Origin: an uncultured Gammaproteobacteria bacterium
Lineage (GTDB): Bacteria > Pseudomonadota > Gammaproteobacteria > Poriferisulfidales > GCA-002705445
Length of the DNA stretch: 64,000 bases
Assembly: GCA_913050095.1 (NCBI GenBank)
Contig: CAJXAV010000001.1
Coordinates: 564-64,563, forward strand
Direction of reading: 5' to 3'
Positions 51,811 to 62,357 of this stretch are shown here, one piece after another. Under the pieces are notes generated by a model, which did no database searches, had not been told where the DNA came from, and saw only the letters and a program-made list of their open reading frames with translations. The first letter of the stretch is position 1; each line of letters begins with the position of its first letter. Position numbers and translations under genes: made by a program.

Positions 51811-52509
51811 TTATCCATAATTTATATATTCACTAATTAAGTTACATTGTTTTTCTTCAAAAAATTTTTTCACACTATCGTGATAGATAATTTCACCATT
51901 ATCCATAAATATTATTTCACTACCAATTCTTTTTATTTGAGAAATATCATGGGATGTCATAAATATTTTGACTTTATTATAAGATAATTCGTTTATAATA
52001 TTTTCTATATCATTCTTATATGCTGGATCAAGTTGAGATGTTGGCTCATCTAAAAAAATAATTTTTGGGTTACCTATAATAGACATGCCTATTGCAACTT
52101 TTTGTCTTTCACCACCTGATATGTATTTTGTATTAACATTTGAAATATTTTTGATATTTAGTTTATCAATTATTTTATCAACATAATTTTTTTCTGTTAT
52201 ATTTTTCTTTTTTGCAACATATAATAAGTTTTCATATGCAGTTCTGTTTAAAAGAATTGGTGTTTGAAATACCATAGATTGCTCTCTTTTTATATCAGAA
52301 ATATAAAATTCGCCCCATTTTATTTTATTATTATTTTGTGTCTTTATTAATCCATGCAGAATTTTAAGAAAAGTACTTTTGCCAGATCCATTATTACCAG
52401 CCACGATTGTTACATTATTATTATTACATTCTATATTGATATTTTTTAAAATATTTTTTCCATTAACAACATAATTTAAATTCTTAACTTTTAGAGGTAA
52501 AATATTCAT
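51811..52509 (-). CDS. ABC transporter ATP-binding protein (small, no TOBE domain; TupC/ModC-like)
   Basis: 232 aa; Walker A GNNGSGKST, signature SGGERQ, Walker B IIFLDEP. Confidence 0.75.
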   Translation of the reverse strand: MNILPLKVKNLNYVVNGKNILKNINIECNNNNVTIVAGNNGSGKSTFLKILHGLIKTQNNNKIKWGEFYISDIKREQSMVFQTPILLNRTAYENLLYVAKKKNITEKNYVDKIIDKLNIKNISNVNTKYISGGERQKVAIGMSIIGNPKIIFLDEPTSQLDPAYKNDIENIINELSYNKVKIFMTSHDISQIKRIGSEIIFMDNGEIIYHDSVKKFFEEKQCNLISEYINYG

Positions 52510-53193
52510 TTAACTTATTTTCCTAAGTGATTTAATTAATAAAGTAATAATGAATGATATTAATATCAAAATTAGTCCAAGAGCAACTGCTAGCTCGATA
52601 CTTCCCTTGCTTGTTTCAAAAGCAATAGCTGTTGTCATAACTCTTGTGTAATGATTAATATTTCCTCCAACTATCATTACAGCACCTACTTCGGCACTAG
52701 CTCTTCCAAATCCAGTTAAAGCTACAGTTACAAGAGCATATCTGCATTCATATATTAAGGTTTTCAACTTAGAAAAATTATTTAGGTTTAGGGAATTTAA
52801 TAATAAATTATAGTCTTTATTTTTTTTATAAACTTCCTCGTATGTTAGTGATATAACAATTGGGATAATAAGTAGTGTTTGAGCAAGAATCATCGCAGTT
52901 GGAGTATATAATATGTCGAGAAAACCAAAAATACCTTTTTTAGATACTAGCGTATATATCAAAAGACCTAAAACAACCGGAGGCATTCCCATTAAAGTAT
53001 TAGAAATTAGAACTATTAAAGACTGATATTTATTTTTGTATAGAGCTAAAAATGCACCAAATGGTATGCTAATTGAAACAGCAATAATTAGTGCTGATAA
53101 AGTAACTTTAAGAGAAAGATTTATAATTTCAAACAAATCATCATTTAAAGTTATTATTAAATCAAAAGCAGTTTCAAGAATATTAATTAGCAT
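52510..53193 (-). CDS. ABC transporter permease, CysTW/ModB/TupB-like (anion type)
   Basis: 227 aa, about 5-6 TM; EAA-loop-like motif GRASAEVGAVMIVGGNI resembles molybdate/tungstate/sulfate permeases. Confidence 0.65.
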   Translation of the reverse strand: MLINILETAFDLIITLNDDLFEIINLSLKVTLSALIIAVSISIPFGAFLALYKNKYQSLIVLISNTLMGMPPVVLGLLIYTLVSKKGIFGFLDILYTPTAMILAQTLLIIPIVISLTYEEVYKKNKDYNLLLNSLNLNNFSKLKTLIYECRYALVTVALTGFGRASAEVGAVMIVGGNINHYTRVMTTAIAFETSKGSIELAVALGLILILISFIITLLIKSLRKIS

Positions 53194-53929
53194 TATTTTC
53201 TAAATTATTTTTTACAATTTCGAAGCACTCTTTTGCAATAGATTTTCTGTCCTTATCATTTACGTATACCAAATCTGATATTGTAACCTCAGCGACAATA
53301 TCGTTTTGAAGTAAAACTTTAAGAATACTAAAAAATAAAGAATTACCCCTAACAAATGGAACACTAGGATGAATATTTTTATTTATGTGTGGGTATTTTA
53401 TAATTACACACTGAATAGGTGAACCGGTGTTTATGCAGCTAGCAAAAAGTCTAGGTTTAAACTTAAGCAATCCTTTGCCCCCTGATGACGTACCTTCAGG
53501 AAAAATAGTCACATTCCTATTATTTTCAATAAAATTAGAAATTTTATCTACTGCTAATGAAGCAGCATTTTTTGCTCCTCTATTTATAAAAAGCATATCC
53601 ACAGCTGTAGTGATTCGTCCAATAATTGGCCAACGACTAACTTCAATTTTTGATAAAAAAGTTGTTTTAAAAGTACTTCCTAAAATAATTATATCCAACC
53701 AAGAAGAATGATTTGATATAATTAGATAATTACCTTCTTTGATTTTACCTTTAATAATTGTCTTTACTTGAATAATATCTAGAATTTTTTTAAACCATAA
53801 TCTTATTTTTTCAGATTGAATATCATCTGCACAAATTTCAAAATCTCCAATATCAGAAATTATTTTTTTTGTATTTGTTATGTGCAATATGAACTTAAAG
53901 AGTTTTTTTAAAAAATTAATTATTTTCAT
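53183..53929 (-). CDS. 1-acyl-sn-glycerol-3-phosphate acyltransferase family protein (PlsC-like)
   Basis: 248 aa; acyltransferase HxxxxD motif (NHSSWLD) and FPEGT motif. Confidence 0.75.
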   Translation of the reverse strand: MKIINFLKKLFKFILHITNTKKIISDIGDFEICADDIQSEKIRLWFKKILDIIQVKTIIKGKIKEGNYLIISNHSSWLDIIILGSTFKTTFLSKIEVSRWPIIGRITTAVDMLFINRGAKNAASLAVDKISNFIENNRNVTIFPEGTSSGGKGLLKFKPRLFASCINTGSPIQCVIIKYPHINKNIHPSVPFVRGNSLFFSILKVLLQNDIVAEVTISDLVYVNDKDRKSIAKECFEIVKNNLENNAN

Positions 53930-55971
53930 AAAATATTTATCCTAGAAATAAATTCCTCGATATCGTAAATTGGTTGTTCACATGAAAAATTTGTACATAT
54001 GTAAGCTGTTGTTTTATTGTTAACTATTTTATCATCAATATTTGCGTAACCAGTATTATTTTCGGTAATTAAATAATAGTCTACATAAGACTTGTTTAAA
54101 TCAATTAATTTATCAAGCCAAATCTCTGCATCCTTTGATTTATCTAAGGATTTTATGATTACAAGTATAAATGGATTTTTAATTAATGAGTAACTATCTA
54201 AGAAAGAACTATGCGCATTAGGTGCATTATTTATTTGTTCGGATGCAAACATAAATGTTGAGCTTGCTGCATCTATATATTTTGTATTATTCATTAAAAA
54301 TCCCAATTTAATTAGAACTCTTGCTGCAATACTGTTCCCAGACGGAAAAGCTTCATCAGCTGTCGGTTTTGGTTTTTGTATAAGATTTTCATGATCATTT
54401 GCAGTAAAAAAAAATCCCCCATTTTCCTTATCTAAAAATTTTTCAATTAAAATATTTGATAAAGTAACTGCTTTATCAAATAAATTATTATTCCATTTTA
54501 CTGATAAGAAATTTAGAATAGAGTTTATTAAAAATGCATAATCATCGAGATAAGCATTTATATGAGATTTCCCATCTTTATATGTAGCGTGTAGTCCGTT
54601 TTTAAAAACCATATTATTAATTAAAAAATTAATTGCTTTTTCACAAGCTAATAAATAACTTTCATCTTTTGAGATTTTATAAAAATCTACTAAAGATTTT
54701 ATTGTAAGAGCATTCCAAGACGTTAGTACTTTCTCATCTACAAAAGGTTTTTTTCTTTTTTCACGAATTACTTTTAGTATATTTAAACTTTCTTCTAGAA
54801 TTTTATAATCTATATTTTTTTCCTTAGATTTAAAATTTTCTTTTTTATTATAAGAAACATAAAGGTGATATTTTTTTTCAAAGTTTTCTTCTTTATTAAT
54901 GCCAAAATATATAGAAAATACTTTGAACTGATCTCTACTTAAATGTGATTTTATTTCATTTTTATCCCAAATATAATATTGACCTTCTCCTGTGTCAGAA
55001 TCTGCATCTATACTTGAATAAAATCCACCTTTATCAGATTGCATCTCGTTTAATATCCAATCTGCTATTTTTCTCGCAGTAGTAAAAAACTTTTTATCCT
55101 TTGTAATTTCGTATGCTTTACAATAACATTCTAGGAGGCAAGCATTGTCGTATAGCATTTTTTCAAAGTGGGGTATCATCCAAATATCGTCTACAGAATA
55201 TCTAAAAAAACCACCTCCAATTTGGTCATTAATTCCACCTTCTTGCATAGATGTTAGGCTATAAAGAGCCATATTAAGATTCTTGCGCGCATCTTTATCT
55301 AAATCCTGATAAAAGTTTAGAATATGCATTATTACTCCCGGCTGAGGAAATTTTGGAGCTGATCCAAATCCACCCATTACAGGATCAAAAATTTTTTCAA
55401 TATTATTTATGAATTTTTTTTCTATATCTTCTTCAATCGCTTTATTATTTTTATTTGTTTTATGTATATTTTCGAGAGCTTTAATTATTGACTCATTATG
55501 ATTAAGTACTTCTTCATAATTTTCTTTGTAGTATTCAGAAACTTTAATAAGTAAGTCTTTAAAACTTGGTAAATTATATTTTGCGGTATTTGGGAAATAA
55601 GTTCCTCCAAAAAATGGTGCTTGATTATCATGACATAAAAACATAGTTAAGGGCCAACCACCTGATCTTTGGTTCAGTAATATCTGTGAAGTTTGGTATA
55701 TTTTATCTAAGTCTGGCCTTTCTTCTCTATCAACTTTGATATTAATAAAATGTTTATTCATGATTTCAGCTGTTTCATTATCTTCAAAAGATTCATGGGC
55801 CATAACGTGGCACCAATGACAAGCCGAGTACCCAATAGATAGTAATATTGGCTTATTTTCAAATTTTGCTTTATCTAGAGCTTCTTGGCACCAGGGATAC
55901 CAATCAACAGGATTTTCAGCATGTTGTTGCAAATAAGGGCTAGTTTCTTTAGACAGACGATTTGTTATCAT
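53926..55971 (-). CDS. thioredoxin-domain protein YyaL (DUF255 plus N-acylglucosamine-2-epimerase-like six-hairpin domain)
   Basis: [17 protein letters not shown] and CHWCHVM thioredoxin-like motifs. Start placed at the internal Met (MITNRL...); the ORF-track start 56034 would overlap lgt. Confidence 0.75.
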   Translation of the reverse strand: MITNRLSKETSPYLQQHAENPVDWYPWCQEALDKAKFENKPILLSIGYSACHWCHVMAHESFEDNETAEIMNKHFINIKVDREERPDLDKIYQTSQILLNQRSGGWPLTMFLCHDNQAPFFGGTYFPNTAKYNLPSFKDLLIKVSEYYKENYEEVLNHNESIIKALENIHKTNKNNKAIEEDIEKKFINNIEKIFDPVMGGFGSAPKFPQPGVIMHILNFYQDLDKDARKNLNMALYSLTSMQEGGINDQIGGGFFRYSVDDIWMIPHFEKMLYDNACLLECYCKAYEITKDKKFFTTARKIADWILNEMQSDKGGFYSSIDADSDTGEGQYYIWDKNEIKSHLSRDQFKVFSIYFGINKEENFEKKYHLYVSYNKKENFKSKEKNIDYKILEESLNILKVIREKRKKPFVDEKVLTSWNALTIKSLVDFYKISKDESYLLACEKAINFLINNMVFKNGLHATYKDGKSHINAYLDDYAFLINSILNFLSVKWNNNLFDKAVTLSNILIEKFLDKENGGFFFTANDHENLIQKPKPTADEAFPSGNSIAARVLIKLGFLMNNTKYIDAASSTFMFASEQINNAPNAHSSFLDSYSLIKNPFILVIIKSLDKSKDAEIWLDKLIDLNKSYVDYYLITENNTGYANIDDKIVNNKTTAYICTNFSCEQPIYDIEEFISRINIL

Positions 55972-56012
55972 AGCTCTGGTATTATATACATTTATAATAA
56001 AAAATATTACTA

Positions 56013-56783
56013 ATGATACACAATATAGATCCAATTTTTATTTCAATAGGTGAATTCCATATATATTGGTATGGAATAATGTATCTTTTAGCTTTTTTAG
56101 CCGCTTGGTTACTAGGAAATTATTTTATAAAAAAAAGAATCGTTAAAATTAGTGAAGATCATTTTTCTGATTTATTATTTTATAATTTTGTTGGGGTTCT
56201 AGTTGGGGGAAGAGTAGGGTATTCAATCTTTTATAATTTTTCATATACGTTTGAAAATCCCATAAGCATCTTATATTTGTGGAATGGAGGTATGAGCTTT
56301 CATGGCGGATTTATTGGAGTCATTTTTAGCATTTTTTACTTTTGCAAAAAAAATAAAGTATCTTTTTTTGAAATATCTGATTTTTTAGTAAGGCTGGTTC
56401 CAATTGGTTTATTTACTGGAAGGATTGGTAACTTTATTAATGGTGAATTATGGGGGAAACCAACAGATTTAATTTGGGCTGTAATTTTTCCCAAAATTGA
56501 TAATATGCCAAGGCATCCAACACAAATATATGAGGCCTTTTTTGAAGGATTTGTATTATTTATTATTTTAAATTTTATGGTGAGTAAGGATATTAAACCG
56601 TCAGTTTTGACTTCATACTTTTTAATACTTTATTCATTATTTAGATTTCTTATAGAATTTTTTAGAGTTCCTGATTCACACATTGGATATCTTGCATTTA
56701 GTTGGGTTACAATGGGGCAATTATTATGTTTTCCAATGTTTATTTTAGGTTTATTTATTTTAAAGTATAGGAAAGGAAATTGA
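56013..56783 (+). CDS. lgt: prolipoprotein diacylglyceryl transferase
   Basis: 256 aa; Lgt signature (IYWYGIMY, ...[13 protein letters not shown]). Confidence 0.9.
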   Translation: MIHNIDPIFISIGEFHIYWYGIMYLLAFLAAWLLGNYFIKKRIVKISEDHFSDLLFYNFVGVLVGGRVGYSIFYNFSYTFENPISILYLWNGGMSFHGGFIGVIFSIFYFCKKNKVSFFEISDFLVRLVPIGLFTGRIGNFINGELWGKPTDLIWAVIFPKIDNMPRHPTQIYEAFFEGFVLFIILNFMVSKDIKPSVLTSYFLILYSLFRFLIEFFRVPDSHIGYLAFSWVTMGQLLCFPMFILGLFILKYRKGN

Positions 56784-56790
56784 TATTATT

Positions 56791-57585
56791 ATGAAACAGT
56801 ACCATGATATGCTTGACCACGTAATAAAAAATGGCTCGAAAAAAAATGATAGAACAGGAGTTGGAACTATCTCATCTTTTGGTTATCAAACAAGATTTGA
56901 TCTTTCAAACGGTTTCCCTCTTGTGACAACAAAAAAATTGCACCTTAAATCGGTTATTCATGAGCTTTTATGGTTCATAAGTGGAGATAGCAATATTGAT
57001 TATTTGAATAAAAATGGAGTAACCATTTGGGATGAATGGGCTGACGCAAATGGTGATCTTGGAAAAATTTATGGAGTTCAGTGGAGAAGTTGGAAAAAAA
57101 ATGATAATACTTATGTAGATCAATTAGAAAATTTGATTGATAATTTAAAGAATAATCCAGATTCTAGAAGACATATAATTTCTGCATGGAATGTAGGAGA
57201 GCTTGATCAAATGGCATTACCACCATGTCACTGTTTGTTTCAATTTTATGTTGCCGATAATAAGCTTTCATGCCAGCTTTACCAAAGAAGCGCAGATGTT
57301 TTTTTGGGGGTACCATTTAACATCGCATCATATTCTCTTTTTGTACATATGATCGCTCAGGTATTAAAATATGAGGTTGGTGAGTTTATATATTCTGTAG
57401 GAGATTTACACTTGTATAATAATCATTTGAAGCAAGCAAAAATACAACTAGCTAGAAAACCCTACGATCTACCATTTCTAAAAATTAATGAAAAAGTTGA
57501 TAACATTTTTTCTTTTAAATATGAAGATTTCCAAATAATAAATTATAAGTCTCATCCTCATATAAGTGGGGAAATCGCAGTTTGA
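56791..57585 (+). CDS. thyA: thymidylate synthase
   Basis: 264 aa; ThyA active site (PPCH...LFQFYV); lgt-thyA synteny. Confidence 0.95.
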   Translation: MKQYHDMLDHVIKNGSKKNDRTGVGTISSFGYQTRFDLSNGFPLVTTKKLHLKSVIHELLWFISGDSNIDYLNKNGVTIWDEWADANGDLGKIYGVQWRSWKKNDNTYVDQLENLIDNLKNNPDSRRHIISAWNVGELDQMALPPCHCLFQFYVADNKLSCQLYQRSADVFLGVPFNIASYSLFVHMIAQVLKYEVGEFIYSVGDLHLYNNHLKQAKIQLARKPYDLPFLKINEKVDNIFSFKYEDFQIINYKSHPHISGEIAV

Positions 57586-58070
57586 TAAAAAATCTCTCAA
57601 TTATTGTTGCAATGTCTAAAAATCGAGTAATTGGTAAAGATAATGGTATGCCATGGCACTTATCAGATGATTTAAAAAATTTCAAAAAACTCACGACAGG
57701 AAAAACCATAATTATGGGTAGACTAACTTATAATTCAATAGGTAAACCGTTGCCTGACAGAAAAAATATCGTTTTATCAAGAAATTTAAAAGATGAGAGA
57801 GTTATAGTTACTGATAATTTAAATGAATCACTTGAAAAATTTAAACACGAAAAAGAGGTTTTTATTATAGGTGGTGAAGATATTTACCGCCAAACAATAT
57901 CTTTAATTAATAAATTATATTTAACAACAATCGAAGATGTTATAGAAGGAGATAAATATTTCCCAGTTATAGATATTTCAAAATGGGAACTTATAGAAAA
58001 AACTATTTATAAAAAAGATGAATCAAATTCTCATAATTTCAAAACTGAAGTATATGTAAAAAATTTCTAA
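57582..58070 (+). CDS. folA: dihydrofolate reductase
   Basis: 162 aa; DHFR motifs ([23 protein letters not shown]). Confidence 0.9.
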   Translation: MIKNLSIIVAMSKNRVIGKDNGMPWHLSDDLKNFKKLTTGKTIIMGRLTYNSIGKPLPDRKNIVLSRNLKDERVIVTDNLNESLEKFKHEKEVFIIGGEDIYRQTISLINKLYLTTIEDVIEGDKYFPVIDISKWELIEKTIYKKDESNSHNFKTEVYVKNF

Positions 58071-58885
58071 CATTTTATTTGGATTTTTTTTATTTTTTTA
58101 TCTTTTAAAATCTTAATTGCTGTAAGTTTGTTACCCCAGGCGCAACCAGTATCAATAGATATAAAGTTATTTTTTTCTTTATAACCAAGAGTTGACCAAT
58201 GGCCTATGATAACTTTATATTTTTTATATATGTTATTATTAAATTCATACCAAGGGCTTGAGTTATTAGTAATTTTATTATCGGGATTTGATTTATTGTC
58301 AAAATTTAAAGACAAGTCTTGATTTAGATATCGCATTCTAGTAAATACATTTACTGAAAAGATTAGTTTTTCTTTTTCACTTAGACTGTTACTCCATTGA
58401 TTTGGGTTATTTGTCCATAAGGTTTCCAGAAACTCTTTACATTTTTTACTTTTAAGTGATTCTTCAATCTTTGCTGAAAGCAATAGCATTTCATCGAACG
58501 TCCATTTAGGATAAATACCAGCATGTACTAAAATATATTCATGTTTTTCATCAATATGCACGAGTTTTTGATTTTTTAACCACATGATTATTTCATCTAC
58601 ATCTTTGCTAGATAAAATATCATAAAATTTATTTTCACTGTAAGGCCAAGGACTTGCTTTGAAATATGATGCTAGTAAATAAAAATCATGATTTCCTAAA
58701 ACAGTTATGGCGCTTGATTCCAATTCCATAATATATTTTATTACATCATATGAGTTTGGTCCGCGATTAACTAAATCGCCAGTTAGCCATAATTTATCTA
58801 TCTTAGGATTAAAGTTAATTTTATTTAGCAAATTTTTAAATTCTTTATAGCAGCCTTGAATGTCACCAATTGCAAAAATAGCCAT
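58067..58885 (-). CDS. apaH: bis(5'-nucleosyl)-tetraphosphatase, symmetrical
   Basis: 272 aa; metallophosphatase motifs (GDIQGC, GDLVNRG, GNHD). Confidence 0.9.
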   Translation of the reverse strand: MAIFAIGDIQGCYKEFKNLLNKINFNPKIDKLWLTGDLVNRGPNSYDVIKYIMELESSAITVLGNHDFYLLASYFKASPWPYSENKFYDILSSKDVDEIIMWLKNQKLVHIDEKHEYILVHAGIYPKWTFDEMLLLSAKIEESLKSKKCKEFLETLWTNNPNQWSNSLSEKEKLIFSVNVFTRMRYLNQDLSLNFDNKSNPDNKITNNSSPWYEFNNNIYKKYKVIIGHWSTLGYKEKNNFISIDTGCAWGNKLTAIKILKDKKIKKIQIKC

Positions 58886-59266
58886 TTAATTAAGAATTTT
58901 TGGAGTGCTTAAAGAAAATAAAGGTATTTTAGCATCAAATTCATATCCATTATCTGCAACCATTTGATAGGTGCCATGCATAGTTCCTACTGGAGTATTA
59001 ATTATTGTTCCACTGGTATATTCAAAAATTTCATCCACTTTTAGTCTAGGTTGCTCACCGACTACCCCTAAACCAGTTACCTCCTCAATTTTTCCATTTG
59101 CGTCTGTAATAATCCATTGCCTACTAATTAGTTTTGCGGGAATTTTTCCTTCATTTTTAATAGATACAGTATAAGAAAATACATATTTACTCTCGCTTGG
59201 ATATGATTGATCTTCAATATAATCAGTTTTTACATTTATATTTATTTTATATAAACTTTCCATCAC
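58886..59266 (-). CDS. apaG: ApaG (DUF525) protein
   Basis: 126 aa; conserved rsmA-apaG-apaH order. Confidence 0.85.
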   Translation of the reverse strand: MMESLYKININVKTDYIEDQSYPSESKYVFSYTVSIKNEGKIPAKLISRQWIITDANGKIEEVTGLGVVGEQPRLKVDEIFEYTSGTIINTPVGTMHGTYQMVADNGYEFDAKIPLFSLSTPKILN

Positions 59267-60020
59267 TCTTTAAATCTCTATATAATTTTATCATTTCAGA
59301 TATTGATAATTCTTCTGCTCGCTTGTTAATACTATCATAATAGATATCAGAATTTATACTTATACAATTTTTAATTTTCTTTCTTCTTGTGTTAAATATC
59401 TCTTTTACAAAAAGAAGGAACTCATCAGTCTCATGATCTTTTAAAAGGCAAGATTTTAGTGGCGTTAAGGAAACAAAAGATGAGAATATCTTAGGTTCCG
59501 GATAAAAATCATTTGGTTTTATATCAATATATTTTTCAACCTTAAAGAATACTTGAGTTAAAACGGATAATCTTCCATAAGTTTTTTTCCCGTGCTCAGA
59601 TATTAATCTATCAACAAATTCTTTTTGCATCATGAAATGAATATTTGAAATATAGTGAATATTGTCAATACATTTAAGAATTAATTTTGTTGATATATTA
59701 TATGGAATATTACCAACTATTCTAAATTTTTTTTTATCTAATTCTTTTATATCAATTTTTAAAATATCTTCATTTATAATTTTTATATTATTATTATATT
59801 TTTTGTTTAGTAAATCACACAAATTATTATCTTTTTCAACGCCAATATAATTTTTTGTTTTTGAGGTAATAAAATCTGTCAAAGCACCTTTTCCTGGCCC
59901 AACTTCAATTATATGATCATCTTTTTTTATGTCTAGTATTTCTAATATAGTGTTGATTGTATATTTGTTTATTAAAAAATTTTGGCCTAATTTTTTATTT
60001 GGCTTGATTTTATTTTCCAT
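59247..60020 (-). CDS. rsmA: 16S rRNA (adenine1518/1519-N6)-dimethyltransferase
   Basis: 257 aa; KKLGQNFL and EVGPG SAM-binding motifs. Confidence 0.9.
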   Translation of the reverse strand: MENKIKPNKKLGQNFLINKYTINTILEILDIKKDDHIIEVGPGKGALTDFITSKTKNYIGVEKDNNLCDLLNKKYNNNIKIINEDILKIDIKELDKKKFRIVGNIPYNISTKLILKCIDNIHYISNIHFMMQKEFVDRLISEHGKKTYGRLSVLTQVFFKVEKYIDIKPNDFYPEPKIFSSFVSLTPLKSCLLKDHETDEFLLFVKEIFNTRRKKIKNCISINSDIYYDSINKRAEELSISEMIKLYRDLKSDGKFI

Positions 60021-60996
60021 ATTTTCTTTTGGCTATATCAATTGCAGTTTGGATAGCAGCTTCAAGGCTTTTTGAATCGGCTTTATTTGTACCTGCAATA
60101 TCAAGAGCTGTTCCGTGATCAACAGAGGTTCTTATAATTGGAAGGCCTAGAGTTGTATTTACGATATCACCAAATCCTAATGTTTTTATTACAGGTAAAG
60201 CTTGATCATGAAACATTGATAGAACTAAATCTGAGTCAGTCCTATTAAAAATAGTATCAGCGGAATATGGCCCACCAATATTACAACCTCGTTTTTGGAG
60301 AATTTTTATTGTTGGTATGATAATCTCTTTTTCTTCAAGCCCAATAAACCCGTCTTCACCAGCATGAGGATTTAAACCACAAATATTAATTTTTGGATTC
60401 GCTATTCCAAAGCTATCCTCAAGCTCCTTAATAATAATATTTATATAGGATTCAAGCCTTTCACTCGTAATAAGATTTGAAACTTTTGATAATGGTACAT
60501 GAGTCGTAAGTAGAGCAATTTTTAATTTCTTTGAATGAAGCATCATTACTGGAGTGCCCCCAGTTTTTATAGAAATATATTCTGTATGACCAGAAAAATC
60601 TTCGCCATATGCCATTAAGATGTTTTTTTGAACTGGGCCGGTAACAATAGCACTAGCTTTTTTTTCTAAACATGCTTGAATTGAAATATTTAATGATTCT
60701 AAAATCATAGGAGCATGTTTTATGCTTGGTTTTCCAATATCTACCTTATTACTATTATTAATATTATGAACAAGCAGCTCATTTTGAGAGCAAACTGGTA
60801 GATTGTTATCATTCAAATCTACTTTTAAAAAATTTATATTTTTTTTTAATAATTTTGCTCTTTCTTCTAGTAATTTTATATTTGTAATTGCAATTGTATG
60901 AGCCTCAAATTTTTTTTGGGGTATATCTAGCAATATATCATAACCTATACCAGAGGGATCTCCAGGTGCTATAAGGATTTTAGGTAAATTTTTCAT
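60010..60996 (-). CDS. pdxA: 4-hydroxythreonine-4-phosphate dehydrogenase
   Basis: 328 aa; PdxA motifs (GDPSGIG, TTHVPL, DHGTALD). Confidence 0.9.
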   Translation of the reverse strand: MKNLPKILIAPGDPSGIGYDILLDIPQKKFEAHTIAITNIKLLEERAKLLKKNINFLKVDLNDNNLPVCSQNELLVHNINNSNKVDIGKPSIKHAPMILESLNISIQACLEKKASAIVTGPVQKNILMAYGEDFSGHTEYISIKTGGTPVMMLHSKKLKIALLTTHVPLSKVSNLITSERLESYINIIIKELEDSFGIANPKINICGLNPHAGEDGFIGLEEKEIIIPTIKILQKRGCNIGGPYSADTIFNRTDSDLVLSMFHDQALPVIKTLGFGDIVNTTLGLPIIRTSVDHGTALDIAGTNKADSKSLEAAIQTAIDIAKRKYGK

Positions 60997-62348
60997 TCAG
61001 AAAATGGATCCCATGAATTAGTATTTTTTAAATCTCTCTTTTTAAGATTTATATTTCTTTGATTTTTCTTATTATTTTCAGAAACATATTTTATAAAATT
61101 TTGTTCTTTTAGTTCTATAAACCATGCATCAATAACTTCTCTTGTTCTACTAGAAGTAATGTATTGCCTAGCTAAATTTTGCATTATTATTTCAGTATTA
61201 TCTTGATCTCTTCTACCAAGAACTTCTAGAATGTGCCAACCAAATTGTGTAGTAAAAGGTTCGCTAATTTTATTTAGTGGTAAACTAGTAACCTTATCTT
61301 CAAAGGCTGGAACAAAAGATCCTGGATTTGTCCATTCGAGTATACCGCCAGACGCTGCAGACATCGTATCATCTGAATGCGCTCTTGCAACATCAGAGAA
61401 TGATTCACCATTTTCAATTCTGATTTTTAATTCTATAAGTTTTTCTTTTGCTTCTTTGTCTGAAACAATTGCGGTTCTTTTTATCAATACATGCCTAGCT
61501 TTTACTTCTTGAATATTAATATTTGTAATTTCTTTTTTATCTTCTAAATAGCAAATATAATATCCATTTAGTGTTTCTATAATTTCACTAACACTTCCTT
61601 TTTTTAAGGTTTCAAGTTCTTTCAAAAATATTTTTGGGATCTCGCTAAGCTTTCTCCAGCCAAGATCGCCACCCGTCATTGCATTACCACTATCCGAGTA
61701 ATTTTTAGCAAGTGATGAAAAACTTTCCCCATTAGAGAATTTATTTTTTATCATTTTAATTTTTTTTACTGCTTCATTTTTTTCACTAATTGAAGGTGTC
61801 TCTGTTAATGAGATTAATATATTTGATATTTTATATTTATTATTTTCTTTAAAGACATGAGATTGATGCTTTATAAAATCTTCTATTTCTTTTTTGCTAA
61901 CTTTAATTTTTTCTGAAACAACACGTCTTTGCACCTGTCTAGTAATTATTTCTTCTTTTATAACATCTCTATATGCATTATAGTCTATGCCCTTATTTAT
62001 AAGGCTTTCTCTGTATTCTGAGAGTGTAACCTTGTTTTTTTGGGCCATATCCTCCATGGCATTATCGATCATCCATTCTTTTACTTCTAATCCATTCCTG
62101 CGCGCATAATTAATTTGTAGCCTAGTATTAATCATGTGATCTAAAACTTGTTTTCTAAAAGCCTCTAAATCATTTGGAATTGGCTGGTTATTAATTCTAT
62201 AATTATTCATAACGAATTTTAATTTTTGCTGATATTCATTTTGAGTTATTACATCATCTTCAATTATGACAATTGCTTGATCCAAAATTTTTGCAAATGA
62301 ACTTGTGCAAAATAATATTATTCCTATTATTGATATTATGTATTTCAT
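60993..62348 (-). CDS. surA: periplasmic chaperone / peptidyl-prolyl isomerase SurA
   Basis: 451 aa; signal peptide and two parvulin domains (FGWHILEV); lptD-surA-pdxA synteny. Confidence 0.85.
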   Translation of the reverse strand: MKYIISIIGIILFCTSSFAKILDQAIVIIEDDVITQNEYQQKLKFVMNNYRINNQPIPNDLEAFRKQVLDHMINTRLQINYARRNGLEVKEWMIDNAMEDMAQKNKVTLSEYRESLINKGIDYNAYRDVIKEEIITRQVQRRVVSEKIKVSKKEIEDFIKHQSHVFKENNKYKISNILISLTETPSISEKNEAVKKIKMIKNKFSNGESFSSLAKNYSDSGNAMTGGDLGWRKLSEIPKIFLKELETLKKGSVSEIIETLNGYYICYLEDKKEITNINIQEVKARHVLIKRTAIVSDKEAKEKLIELKIRIENGESFSDVARAHSDDTMSAASGGILEWTNPGSFVPAFEDKVTSLPLNKISEPFTTQFGWHILEVLGRRDQDNTEIIMQNLARQYITSSRTREVIDAWFIELKEQNFIKYVSENNKKNQRNINLKKRDLKNTNSWDPFSE

Positions 62349-62357
62349 TATGTTTTA

